Source: Octopus sinensis
Lineage: Eukaryota
NCBI RefSeq assembly: GCF_006345805.1
Contig: NC_043001.1
Coordinates: 105,276,001-105,340,000 of the forward strand
DNA length: 64,000 bases
Direction of reading: 5' to 3'
This document shows positions 28,028 through 41,589 of the stretch, piece by piece. A program made the translations under genes and the position numbers. Numbering within the stretch: the stretch's first letter is position 1; the number at the start of each line of letters is the position of its first letter. The notes under the pieces were generated by a model. It had not been told where the DNA came from. It did no database searches and saw only the letters and a list, made by a program, of their open reading frames with translations.

Positions 28028-28612
28028 AATCATCATCATCATCATTTGTGTTATTCACACCGCTCTAAATTTATATTACTTGACATCTTCAAATGTGGAT
28101 TGACATTTCTTATTCATGGGAGTTTCTTTTCGTTTTCTTTGGAGGGGAAAACTAATTCAACAATTTAGAATATATTTTTAGATTGAAGAGTTTATTCCAT
28201 TCAATAATGATATTTAAATGATAACGGACTTGTTTTTTAATTCACTGGAATAACCACTGACAAATTCTACTTTTTTGTTTTTCTATATAATATGCCCTTC
28301 ATCTCAAAATAGAATTCTTCAATTTCTCTTTATAAAATTTGTTAATTGTTTGGTTTTTTCTGACATTCTTGATTCAAATGTTAACCGTTTTATGATTAAT
28401 TTCTCTGTTCTCTCTAGTATTTCTGATCATAACAATTTCGTCAAAATTAGCTTTTTTATTGATGGTCGGCATAAAACAGGAAGAGCTGCATATTATTTGC
28501 GTAAGTGACATATTGGAACCCTCGTTGATTATGAAGATGCCGTGTTTTTGGCAGTATTGTATCTAGAATTTGGAATGAGAGAGAAGCATTATGGAGTGGA
28601 GTAGAAAAAGTG

Positions 28613-28857
28613 AAACACTAGCTCTAAAAATATACTCTTTTTTACTCTTTTTACTTGTTTCGGTCATTTGACTGTGGCCATGCTCGAGCGTCGCCTTTAG
28701 TCGAGCAAATCGACCCCAGGACTTATTCTTTGTAAGCCTAGTACTTATTCTATCAGTCTCTTTTTGCCGAACCGCTAAGTTACAGGAACGTGAACACACC
28801 AGCATCGGTTGTCAAGCGATGTTGGGGGACAAACACAGACACACAAATATATACACG

Positions 28858-28897
<40 letters not shown>

Positions 28898-29066
28898 CAT
28901 ATACGAAGGGCTTCTTTCAGTTTCCGTCTACCAAATGCACTCACAGGGCTTTGGTCGACCCAAGGATATAGTAGAAGACACTTGCCCAAGGTGCCACGCA
29001 GTGGGACTGGACCCGGAACCGTGTGGTTGCTAAGCAAGCTTCTTACCACACAACCACTCCTACGCC
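28613..29066 (-). mobile_element. Composite CORE-type tRNA-derived SINE with internal (TG)n/(TA)n
   Basis: tRNA-like head GGCGTAGGAGTGGTTGTGTGGTAAG...GGTCCAGTCCC, CORE-like GGCACCTTGGGCAAGTGTCTT, tail (GAGTAAAA)n. Confidence 0.75.
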
Positions 29067-31112
29067 TATATATGAAAATGTTATAATTTTTCCATTCTCA
29101 AAAAATTATCGCTACCCGATCCTAGGACTAGAGATCACTATTCGATCTTCTAGCAAAATCCGGTATCAGTGTAAACTAGATTTATCACATAATTCAGTAC
29201 AAATCACTTTAATAATCATAATAAAACCTACACTTATTGTAACTTGTTAACGTGTTGGTAGCCGCATCTTAGTAACTAAATCAGATGTATATTTTAGATT
29301 CCAAACAGTAGAACATTACCAATTTTATTTGCGCGTTACGTTTGCCAAATATCTAAAGAATTTTAAAATTATGTTCATCATATATAAAGCAATTGTGAAG
29401 CCCTTGTGTAAGCATCTATGACACACCTTGCTGGAAGCAACTTGTATGAATCTTAACAACCTATATCCTCTAAACTTCGTCTACGTCATGAACACGAGGG
29501 AAGTATTGACGTCATACATTCTTGTGAGAAATTACTTTATTGAAATGTATAATTTAATCCTCCTGCTCTTAGAATGAGCATTTGATTGAAGTGTAATCGC
29601 CATATCACATCGCCAGACGTGTATATATAAACGATGTTTAAACACGATTAAGCTATAAATGCCTTCATGATGTATATATGCAATAACGTATTAGTTGGCT
29701 TCAGATCATTAACTATTGAGGTAGTTAATGTTCCGACTGAACAGTAAAATCCAATTACATAATATGTTACAGATGTCATCTTATTGGAATAATTTAATTA
29801 ACGCTAAAATAACAAATATTAATTATAAGAAAGTTTCACCTAATTTCTATTCAAGAGAGGAGGAACTCTCCATATGATATCACTAATTTTTATCGATATT
29901 TACTTGTATCTTTTCATTTGAAAAAAAAACTCTGTGGTGTTCTGTTTGATGGAGTATTATATAATACTAATTGAAAAACTTTTTAAATGATTTTTAAAGA
30001 AATGCAGACGACGTTGTTGTTAATGATAGTAAAAGCAGACATTGATTGAAACGTCACTTCACGGGAAATTTTCCCGTCGTCATTTCTATTTAAAGTCTTA
30101 TTAACTCTTCAAACTTTACACGACTAGACTAGAATAAAATAAGAAAGAAAGAACGAATCAGAATTTTAAATAATTACCTGGAATGAATCAGATAATGGGA
30201 TTTAACACAAATTTATATTTTTTTTTTGTGTTTTTGACGTGTGACTTTTGCAAAGAGTCGTGTAGCCAATGTAATAATTTAGATTGCCATGATACTCGTC
30301 AAACGTTTCCAAACGACAATAATATCTTTCTGTCTGAAGTTGTGTTGGCGAATGCGTCAGATGCTCGATTTACAGCAACGAAGTCGCAGTATTCTTCGAT
30401 ATTAGGGCAGATTCGACACGTTTGCTTCGCTAGAGTACTGTGAATGAAATATGGATTAAAGAAGACGGTGTAGAAACCGGTAGGATGTTTGAAACTGAAA
30501 TTCAATGCGTAGCTTTGATTCAATTCATACTAATCTCATTTAGCTAACAATATTACCCATACAATCAGCACATCCGCCGCACACGGGCAAAATCTACGAT
30601 CAGTATTTAATTTAATGACGCTAATGAAGCAAATGAAATCGCAAAGGAGACATATTTAATTTACTTTAGTTAATATTCAATCCATCAAAACCTACAGAAT
30701 GTTTATTACTTTTGGAAAGCAACAGGTGTACTTTCATAATGCGAAAGACTACGTACTCCATCGCTGTCATTGTTGGTTAGTGAATTGTAAAATCTGTCCG
30801 TCACATGAAGATGTTTGGAATCCTCTAATTTTCTAGTGGAAGGCGCTTAAATAATTATTTAAGAAACAAAACCCGAAATCCTGGGGAAGCAGCGACTCAT
30901 CCCAATACTCAACTGGCACTGTTTTTGTTCTTTATCGAACAGAAAATGATGAAAGGCAAAATCCTCGGAGGAATTCGAATGTCCAGCGAGAACAGGAGGA
31001 AACGTCACTAAGTATTTTTCCGGGCGTGGTAATGTTTCAAACAGCACATGTCCTTGACGGGTTCATACATAATAGATATAAACCTCTATTTAAGAATTAT
31101 AAACTGTGTTTA

Positions 31113-31257
31113 TATCCCCGTTACTTAGTGGTTCGGCAAAAGAGATCGATAGAATAAGTACTGGGCTTCCAAAGGAATAAGTCCTGGGATTGGGTTGCTC
31201 GATTAAAGGCGGTGACTGAAACAAGTAAAAGAGTAAAAAGAGTAAAAGAGAGTAAAC
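31113..31257 (+). mobile_element. 3' part of the same CORE-type SINE family
   Basis: GTTACTTAGTGGTTCGGCAAAAGAGA...GAAACAAGTAAAAGAGTAAAAAGAG matches 28613-28790. Confidence 0.7.
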
Positions 31258-31316
31258 TGTTGTAGTTTCATGTAGTTGTACACTTATATCGATTATTTAC
31301 GTCCTGTGTGTTTGTG

Positions 31317-31357
<41 letters not shown>

Positions 31358-32491
31358 GGCTATAAAGGATGACGCAAAATACATTTTGCATACTCTGTTC
31401 TGTAAGCAAATAATTAAACATAATTTTGACGAGAATTATGAGAAGTTTGATTAAAATATTTCAGTACCATGACATTTCATCTTTGCTGCTCATAATAATA
31501 AATAATTCAAGTGATTTGCCCCTGAGATCTTATCATATCTCAAAGTTCTTTCTTTGTAGACATCAAGAGTAGATGATAGTTCAAGAAAATCCTCCAGGAT
31601 TTCTTGATAGTGTATATTTGCGAGGAACTGTGTATGACTATAACAAATAGTGATTAATTCCATGAGTGTATTTTTGTTAATTGCATTAAGTTATGCAACA
31701 GAGCATTTGTTTAAAAATAGTAAGAGTAAAGAGGATTGACGAAGCTAATTCTCAAATCAAGAATTTCTGATTTAGCTGCATAAGTTTTCTTACAGGGTGA
31801 TAAACATATTGATTTCACGTTGAATTTGAAAGATGCATCACATGGAAATCACCAATGATCGGAAAGTAAAGCATACACTCTATTCATGCAACTGGTTTTT
31901 GAGTTGTTTACGTGAAAAGTTTGAGAAGTTATTAAAAGCAAGAAAGTCAAAAAGTAACATTTGTTGTTATTCTTGATATAATCCTCTTGACTCGGATTTA
32001 GATTAAATACGGAATTGCCAAATCACTTTAGCGCACATGTCGATGTAAAGGGATTTGAAACTATTCAAACTCAATGATTATACTTATTACACACACGTGA
32101 AAAGTTATTGCTTGCTATAAGCGGTATTATTAATGACAAAGTTTTATATATAAATAAAACTTGACGGTAGCGCCAAAGTAGCCAACATTTCATAATAAGA
32201 TAATTAGATAATTTTACACTAATTCGCATTTTATCGACGCTGTTTAATGGGTTTGTTGATATAGTATTTTACGACTGGCAAAACATCTGTGAATGTGTGA
32301 TATTTCAGATGTAATATTATTACTTTTTCTTTTGTTTATCAACCAAAGCACACAGGCGAGCTGGGAAGAGCGTCGGCTCGAAACATTAAAGACTTTTTTC
32401 ACTTTCCAAGCGTTAAACTAATACATCTGTTTGTTGTCTACATCACTTGTCTTCCTCTTTTGTTTTTTTTGTGCATTCTCCATATATGTAT

Positions 32492-32535
<44 letters not shown>

Positions 32536-32596
32536 TATAATTTATTGCTAAAACCGCAAAGACATTACAAAAACTGTTACTTAGAAATTGAGTTTC

Positions 32597-32630
32597 GCGT
32601 TCCCGTTCGTCGACGAACGGGAAGCGAAAC
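32597..32630. repeat. Perfect 24-bp GC-rich palindrome inside a longer imperfect hairpin
   Basis: GAGTTTCGC-G-TTCCCGTTCGTCGACGAACGGGAA-GCGAAACTC (whole hairpin about 32588-32630). Confidence 0.85.
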
Positions 32631-33197
32631 TCCGAGTAAAAGTTTGTACACAGAAGAGATGTACAAGATTTAAACACCGATTACTTAACAATAAACAAGG
32701 TCAGGCCTTGAGATGTTTGAACCTACGTGGAAATCCTCTAAGCATTTTCATGCAGGTATCGGGTAGGATGACATCCTATAAACAAAAGTAAGGTGCCCAA
32801 TGATGACAGTATACATCGAGTCATTATCCATCAGAACTTTCAAGTAAATATCGTTATTATAACTAGCTTAAAATATCTTCTTATTCTGATAAGTCATAGC
32901 AACACATACCGATATGGAAACTGCACAATAATCTAAAACTCAATTTAAAAACAGACCATCTTAACGTATCTTGCTGGAACGCCATCGATATAACTATTTT
33001 TAATATGAACTCTATTCAAACATCATCAACTCATAGAAAAAAGCCCATTTGAAAGCTCAGATATATTTTGACATAATTTAATATATATCAAACTCCAAAA
33101 TTCCGTCGTGGTACTGGTGTTGAGATCACCCTATGATTAAACCTTATATCCATTCTGTTTCAATATATCCCCGAGACAAATAAACTCAGTTTGTTTC

Positions 33198-33230
<33 letters not shown>

Positions 33231-33238
<8 letters not shown>

Positions 33239-34131
33239 ATATTTCGGAATGGTCATATTGCCAGTTTAGCCAATAAAAACACACGCACTATATACTTGGT
33301 GTTATTTTGCTTCAGTGATATTTATTTTTTACATTAATCTTAATCTTATTTCGGCCAAAGTTCTCTCGTCACACTCCTGTGACCGCATCAGTGGTCCTTT
33401 GTTTTCTTCTCACTTATTTGTGTCTCTCCTTACTAACCGTCAGCCATTTTGTATTTCTATTGTATGTCTTCATTTGCGCATGTTTATATCTCTATGTGCG
33501 TCTATGTTTATTTAGTGTGTGTGGGGGGGATGCCTGTAATATTTGTATCTTCTGGTTATATACATTCTTGTAATTTGTATTTTGTTTTTGTTGTTGTTGC
33601 TTTTGTTCTAATTTTGTTCATGTGTTTACATCCACCCATTATTATCATTACATATGCTTGTATGTATGTATAACAACAATATTAGTAATAATAATAATAA
33701 ATCTAATCGAAAACAAAAAGAATATACATATACATATATATATACATACATATACATATACATATATATATATATACATATATACACACATATATACACA
33801 TATACATATACATATACAAATATTACAGGCATCCCCCACACACACACTAAATAAACATAGACGCACATAGAGATATAAACATGCGCAAATGAAGACCTAC
33901 AATAGAAATACAAAATGGCTGACGGTTAGTAAGGAGAGACACAAGTAAGTGAGAAGAAAACAAAGGACCACTGATGCGGTCACAGGAGTGTGACGAAAGA
34001 ACTTTGGCCGAAATAAGATTAAGATTAATGTAAAAAATAAATATCACTGAAGCAAAATAACACCAAATATATAGTGCGTGTGTTTTTATTGGCTAAACTG
34101 GCAATATGACCATTCCGAAATATAACAATAT
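33231..34131. mobile_element. Penelope-like inverted repeat pair, 318-bp arms
   Basis: 33231-33548 versus 33814-34131, only a handful of mismatches; contains a hammerhead-like core. Confidence 0.7.
33968..34007 (+). ncRNA. Degenerate hammerhead-like motif
   Basis: CCA-CUGAUGC-G-GUCAC(aggagu)GUGAC-GAAA-GAAC-UU/UGG; A9 reads C, and the other arm has GAGA instead of GAAA. Confidence 0.4.
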
Positions 34132-34184
34132 CTGTTTCAACACACGACTTCACATAAAAAATCTTGCACAACAAATATTTAAAC

Positions 34185-34235
<51 letters not shown>

Positions 34236-34258
34236 GCACACACAAAACGCACATAGCG

Positions 34259-35462
34259 TTTATGGTTCAATACTCAAAGATTCACCAACGTTGGAGCAAC
34301 AAAATGTTTTCAAGTATGAAATACTAAATTGACAGAAAAGAGATTTAAGCGAACTACAAGTTTACTATTGTGTTATTATACAGGGTGTCTAAAGACCACA
34401 GTTCATCACGTTCGGAATAACCTTCAATGAAAGAAGGTTATTCTAAAAAAGATAGAGAACTTGGTATATAAGTATGATTAAGTATTCAGTTACGTTCGCT
34501 CACACGAGCGAGCAAACATGCAGGATATATAGAATATATATTATAGACACATTTAATAAGTTTAAGCAAAGAGATATTGCAACATGTGGCATTTTCAAAT
34601 GCAGACGTGTATAGAAAACAGTTACATAGACGTTACTTAATCGATCGAATGATTTGTAACATGAACATGGCGCCTGGTTAATCCAAGACACACCTGTTTT
34701 AAACCAAAATGTATTTTAACACATTATGCTTCACGCATGTTTTGAATATGTATTGATCCGCGGAGTCTCAATGAACTGTAAATGCTAATATAAATTTTCA
34801 GAGCTCTCGTTAACTGCCTAAACTGTTTACTCTCGCCAGCTTTAATGACATTGGACATGAAGCTGTGCTGCCGAAAAGAAATCTATCAAAAACCAACAAC
34901 TTGGCTAATAAAATTTAAAGAAAACAATGCTCTTCTACTTGGTCATTATTCTATTGCTAAATGAACGATGTATTTGCACTGCTATTACACTAAGCAGCTA
35001 TTGTATTAATTCACTACTTTGTTAAGACAAACACAATTTACTGATGTCCAGTGACCAAATCGATACAAGACTTGCATTATATTAATATGTTCACACACTC
35101 ACACACACACAGACATACACACAGAGACACACACACAGTCACATGCACACACACATACATACACATATATCATGTCACATCATTATATAGTTATATTAAA
35201 CCTTTCATTTTCTAAGTTCAAATTCGTTTTGTTGAATATGTTTCTGATCTTTAATAGTATAATGTGTCAGCTAATACCAAACACGATCTTTCATTGAAGG
35301 TTATTCCGAACGTGATGAACTGTGGTCTTTAGACACCCTGTATAATAACACAATAGTAAACTTGTAGTTCGCTTAAATCTCTTTTCTGTCAATTTAGTAT
35401 TTCATACTTGAAAACATTTTGTTGCTCCAACGTTGGTGAATCTTTGAGTATTGAACCATAAA
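34259..35462. repeat. 176-bp inverted repeat pair, 852-bp spacer
   Basis: 34259-34434 versus 35287-35462; I found no mismatch and no flanking TSD. Confidence 0.9.
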
Positions 35463-37699
35463 ATGTATTTTTCTTTATTTTTGAATATATCAATTCTAGA
35501 CTGTTTACAATAGATTTTGATTGATTTTTTTTAGTGAGAAATTTATACTGATCAACCATTAAAAATACGCTTCAGAGAAAACCTTTGCGAAGACAGAGTG
35601 AATAAATTGTTCTTTGTCACAATCATTTCACAAATAGTTTAAATTTTGCATCATATAATTTAGAATCTCTACGAATAAAGAAATATGTTTTACATTACTG
35701 GCACATAATATGTCTCCATGTTTGGTTCAGTCCTTGTCATGATGGAAGGCCTTTATATGCCGCACAGCGAGCTATGAAAATATTGTAAACATATGTGAGG
35801 CTCCGTGTCTCATAGGATTCTCTGCTTTGTGAAAGATTAGAAATTTCGATGAAATTTACGTTTAAATGAGACAATTGTTTGTCGGTTTAATGTTGAAAAG
35901 AAAAATGAGCAGGAATTAAATTCAAAGAGCAGGTATGACATTAAGAATTATTGAATGCATGCAGAGTAGAGACGCTGTTTTGCATGGCCTGCTGTGCCGG
36001 GTTGTAGCGTGTCAATATTCCCAGGAACAAATTTCGTACCTAAATTCATTTGCACCGTGAATAAAAACTATCGACAATACCTTACTGAGACCAAATGTAG
36101 GAAACTATAGAGATTTGGAGTAGCAGAAAAACAGTTTATAAGATGTTTCAGCATCTGTTAAATGTTACCTGCAGATGTGTCGGCATAATTAATTTAAAAA
36201 ATAAAGATGGAAGGGAAAAGGAACAGATATAAAACTACGAGAATACGGGAGATTTTTGTGTATCATTATCCAGAAGTCCAATATAATGACTTAATAACGA
36301 TTAAATTCTGATGTATACTATTTCAAAGACGCAATAAGACATTTCGAAAATAATTAACTGCGACGCAAGTAGTATTAATAACAAAACACAATGTTGTTGT
36401 TCTCCAGCTTAACGAGGATGTCGTGTTGCAACACAGAATTCTGCGTTATCTATCTTAAGAGGATTTCTCGAAAATATAAGAACACAGATTGTGTCGCATA
36501 GTCAGCTGGAGATTGTGTATCCTGGGGCTAAATTACAGCAGTATTCGCCCTAAACCAGGACTGCCATGTTATGTTGGCAAGCAATTATTACGCCTCCCCT
36601 ACTATGTTTTTTACAGCTGTGTTTCACTGAAGAGCTGTTTATTGTTATCAATGGAAATAGCGATTAATTCCATGGGCATATAATTACCAATTTTATTAAT
36701 AATACATGTTTAATGCAACGACATAAATTAAACCGGATAACTGATAGAATGAGTTAATGAAATAACAAGAAAATTACAAAGTGTTCTTTCTGAATAACGG
36801 AGTGTTCAAAATACAATGTCTTTTTAACGTTACATTTGACGAACATATAACGTGGTAATTTTCAGGTGAGTCGAGTGAGGAAACGTAAGTTCGGTTAGTG
36901 GCTAAAATCTTTTACAGTAGATAATATATTAGATTGAAGAAATAATCGCCATATTTTAAAACAAGTCGTCTAGGATAAATATTTAAAAATTCAAGCGATA
37001 AATGTCCTCGTAATACACACATCGCAACATACTGGTAAACTTCCTCACTTTAACTAAATTAATGTTTTGCTGACAATAAAAATTAAATTACACAATATGT
37101 TGCTGATTTTATGCGATAAGAATAATTTTATTATCTCTAAACTAATAGAAATTAATTAAAAGAAAGTTTTTACCAAATTTCTATTCGACAGAAATAAAGC
37201 ACTTCAAGCGAGTATCATTTTTTTTACAAAACTTCTCTCTATTGTGTCGTATCAAAATATCCGTGATTCTCTAATTGAACGAGCGTTATGTATGACAAGC
37301 TGAAGAATTTTTTAATGTTATTTAAAGAAATAAATACACCATAAATGACGTCAAAAGCAGAAACTGCTTGAATCGTCACATCTTGGGAAATGTTCAAACA
37401 CCAAGATGAAAACGAATTAACTAAAGAAATATCTTTCAAACGGTTTTCCTAGAATCAGATAATGGAAAGTAAAATAAAGTTCCAATGGTTATGTACTTCA
37501 AATGTAACTCATGCACAGAATCGTGTAAAGAATGCAGCAACTAAGATTGATCTAAAGTTCACTAACTTTGTCCAAGCATTTCTTTGCATTCGACGCTGCT
37601 ATATTTTTTTGCATATTTTCTTTTAAGTCCCTCACAAAATATAATTCAATGAATTATAAATGCTTTTAAAATCATATTGAACGAAAAGATTTATCCGTT

Positions 37700-37950
37700 C
37701 TCTGGTGCAATCGTGGCATTCCGTCAGTTACGACGACGAGGGTTCCAGTTGACCCGATCAATGAAACAGTCTGCATCGTGAAATTAACGTGCAACTGGGT
37801 GAGCTCTCCACAGACACGTGTACCCTTAACGTACTTCTTGGGGAGATTTAGATTAGCACAGAGTGTGACAAGGCTGGTCCTTTCAAATACAGATACAAAA
37901 GAAACAGGAAGAAAGAGTGAAAGTCGTTGTGAAATGTACAGCAGGGTTGC
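37700..37950. repeat. Interspersed repeat (unclassified)
   Basis: GACGAGGGTTCCAGTTGA..CGATC...GTGAAATTAACGTGCAA...CACAGACACGTGTACCCTTAACG resembles a high-copy cephalopod repeat from recall; single copy in this window. Confidence 0.35.
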
Positions 37951-37989
37951 CCCCCCCCCCGCTGGAGCCTCGGGTGATTAACGGAGCAT

Positions 37990-38375
37990 ATTATGCTTCT
38001 TAGCTGCGGAAATTGCGGGGCGCCATCTAAGCGGAGAGGCGTGGTATACTGACTGAAGGAGTTTGCCACTTCCAAGACAACACCCCAGTTCACAATGTAT
38101 ATATTACCCGGGTGAAAACACACTCCTGTATCTATGAAATCCTTCCTCACCTCCATTACTCTCACGACCTGGCACCATTTGACCGTCACCCCTTTACGAA
38201 CATCAAGTCTTTTCGGAAAGTTTGGAAAGGAAAGTACTTTTTAGTTGCTTTCCGAGGTAATGTCTTGTCTCCAGACGCAACCTTCCGACTTTTACAGACG
38301 AGGTTATCACAATTGCATTAATCGATGGGAGAAGAGCGTCACTATTGAGAGTGGCGATGTAGAGAAGGACTAATA
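37990..38375 (+). pseudogene. Mariner transposase C-terminal remnant
   Basis: YEILPHLHYSHDLAPFDRHPF matches the HPPYSPDLAPSDFHLF motif; downstream RWEK...EKD*. Confidence 0.7.
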
Positions 38376-38589
38376 AACATTTGCTATTCAGAGCTTCTCT
38401 ATATTGAAATGATTAAGAAAATTTTTCTTTTGTATGTATTGAAATGGATAATGATGTAATTAATGCTAATTCCCGGCTTCAAGTTACTGACATGACATAA
38501 GAGTCTTTCATAGGAGGTTTTACTGAAAGAGGGATACAAATTATGGTTGATGGTTACATGCTTCAATTTGTCGTTAATATTCTTTTCTA

Positions 38590-38795
38590 CTCTCGGCACA
38601 AGGTCCGAAATTTTGCGTTAGGGTTCAGTCGATTAAATCAACCCCAGTACGCAACTGGTACTTAATTTACGAACCCCGAAAGGATGTAAGGCAAAGTCGA
38701 CCTCGGCGCAATATGAACTGAGAACGTAAAGACAGACGAAATATCGCTAAGCCTTTCGCCCGGCGCGCTAACGACTCTGCTTGTTCGCCGCCTTA
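38590..38795 (-). mobile_element. tRNA-derived SINE monomer with tail B
   Basis: CCCCGAAAGGATG.AAGGCAAAGTCGACCTCGGCG body; tail reads GTGCCGAGAGTAGAAAAG on the minus strand. Confidence 0.8.
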
Positions 38796-39263
38796 ATTTC
38801 TCATTAATATTGCCAAACCAGCTACAGAGTTCTTTGCGCATGAGTGTATTTACAGTTAATATATGAAAAATATTATTTGTTTGGATTTGCTTGTGTTGGT
38901 AACATCTCACCGCGAATAATTTTCGCCTTTGCCATGTGTGTAAGATGACTAATTCGTCGTCCAATTAAACGGAAGAAGATCTTAATTAGATGACAAAGAG
39001 TTTTTCGTAAAACATAGTCGAAATATATTTGACCCTCATGAAACTGTATTTCTTAAGATAACAGCATCGATGAAAGCTCTGTCAAGGAGAACGGAAAAGA
39101 AACGTAATTATGTAGAAAATTGTTAATGCAAATATTTCCCCCGTATTACATGAAATATGGCATAGAAATATGGTTAAAAATATTCTAGAACCCACCACAG
39201 AAAGTATGTATCTAAGAAACGGGAAATTCAGTCTAACAAAGAAATGAAATATATACATACATG

Positions 39264-39316
<53 letters not shown>

Positions 39317-39330
39317 ATATATATATATAT

Positions 39331-39402
<72 letters not shown>

Positions 39403-40471
39403 CATATATATACATACACATAAGCGTACGCACATATACATTCATGTTTGTGGTATCTATGTGTGCGCGTGCATGTAAATGTGAGTATGTATCAGTGTAT
39501 GAGAGTGTCCGTGTGTACGCATTTTCCTCTTCAGTAAGTTTGATAAAAACACTTGAAATTCCGGAGACTTTATTTTTCCTTTCCTCTATGTCCTCTTTCA
39601 AGAGAATTGGAGTTAGAAAAAAAAAACGAAAACTGCTTTGAAATCGTTTGGAGAATTTAATACAAATTAAAAGGGAAGATCATTATTGAACCATTTTAAA
39701 AAATTATTTTACGTTACATAGGTAAATAAAAAATAATAATGTCTCATTGAGATGTCAGGTCAGTGAATCAATCAATTCGTTTGAGGAATTCAATTAGAGA
39801 GTAAATTAAAACAGAAAATAAATTGTTTCACCAAAACAAACAGAAAATTTAAATTGAAAAAAAACCTGAATCAAACATCTGAATAAAAAGCATCTAAAAG
39901 CTATGATTGTGGAATTTAGAAAAAGAATATATTAAATGAAGGCAGCCAATTACAGTAAAATTTTAAATTGTTAGTTAGAAGTCTAATTTGTGCAGATTTA
40001 TTCAAGTAGAATTGAAAACATCATTCTTTTGTTTTTTCAGGTGATTTTTTTTATAAACTAGTGGTTAGCATATATACATGGATGTATATACATACATGCA
40101 TTCTTACATATATAAATACTATCATACATATATAAGATAAACATATATATTTACACACGTATTTATATATATATGTGTGTGTGTGTGTGTACGTGTGTGT
40201 GTTTCATCTAATCATTTACGATTAAATGAATAGACAAAACAAAAAAAACTAAATTTTTTGCACACATTTCAATCTCCTACAATTGCTATTGGACATCTTC
40301 CCCTAAATATATTTTCAGTTACCACAAAGCAAACTGATATTTTTGAAAAACGAAATATTTCCGAATGACCTATCTACCCACACGTATTTACTACAGATCT
40401 ACAAAAGTACACCTACATACATATACATAAACACACACAACACACACATGAACACAAATATATATTATTGC

Positions 40472-40507
<36 letters not shown>

Positions 40508-41519
40508 TAGTCAGTGGATACACCTATTTATCATCCTCACTTTAATGCTAGTGTCTCACTCAAAATTTAATACTTTTTAATGGTGATTATGGCTACTTGA
40601 TAATTATAATTAATTATATAATGTAATTATAGTCATATAGCTGAACACAGAGCTTTCAGAGTTAATCAATGTCTAATGTATATTTTCGCCACAAGAAAAA
40701 AGTATTTTAGATTTTACTTGTGGCTCAAGTTTGATTTGATTTTTTACCAAATAACGATCATTCCAAGCAAATAGTATGTCTAATGAACGTACAAGAGATG
40801 CTTTCTAGAGAATGCAACTGTGTTAACATACGATGGCTCACTACATTTATCGTGTAAAATATATGAGCAGAGGCAGGTACAATGTTATAAGATTTTAAAC
40901 AACACATATTTAATCCTGTTTGTAGGAAATGACTCATCGCTGTGCTTCATCTAAGAAATAAGTGTTAAATGCATACTAGGCTGATGTGACTGAGTATCTA
41001 AAATGAATACCTGTTCGTGTATTAACAAAGAAAAAAACGATAATCAATGCATATGTCAGTAGTTAAGAAATGTTTATATCAGTGAAATATTATAGAGGAT
41101 ACGTATTTAAAATTATCTTCATTATAATATTAAATACACACTATTTAAATGTAAATATTTACTGAATGTCTTGCCTGTCCATTTTCATCGGTTTGTCCTT
41201 AATTTGTCTACGTTTGTATGCAGACAATTCGTTTGTTCTTGTTTCCTCGGTTCTGAGTGATATAAAGATTACTTTGCATAAATCCCAAAGTGGTCTGCGG
41301 ATTAAATAAAAAAACAAAACAAAACAGAAAACTGAGAGCGATTATCATATTTGATGCATGGGCATCCAAGAAATATTTTTCTGCGTATTGCATGCCATAT
41401 CAGATAAAAACAATCAGTTTGTATTATGTTTATAATTTATATATGGTACACAGACTGACACAGAAACAAAGACACACTGACAGACACACACACATATGCA
41501 TATATGTACGTGTGTGCGT

Positions 41520-41589
<70 letters not shown>

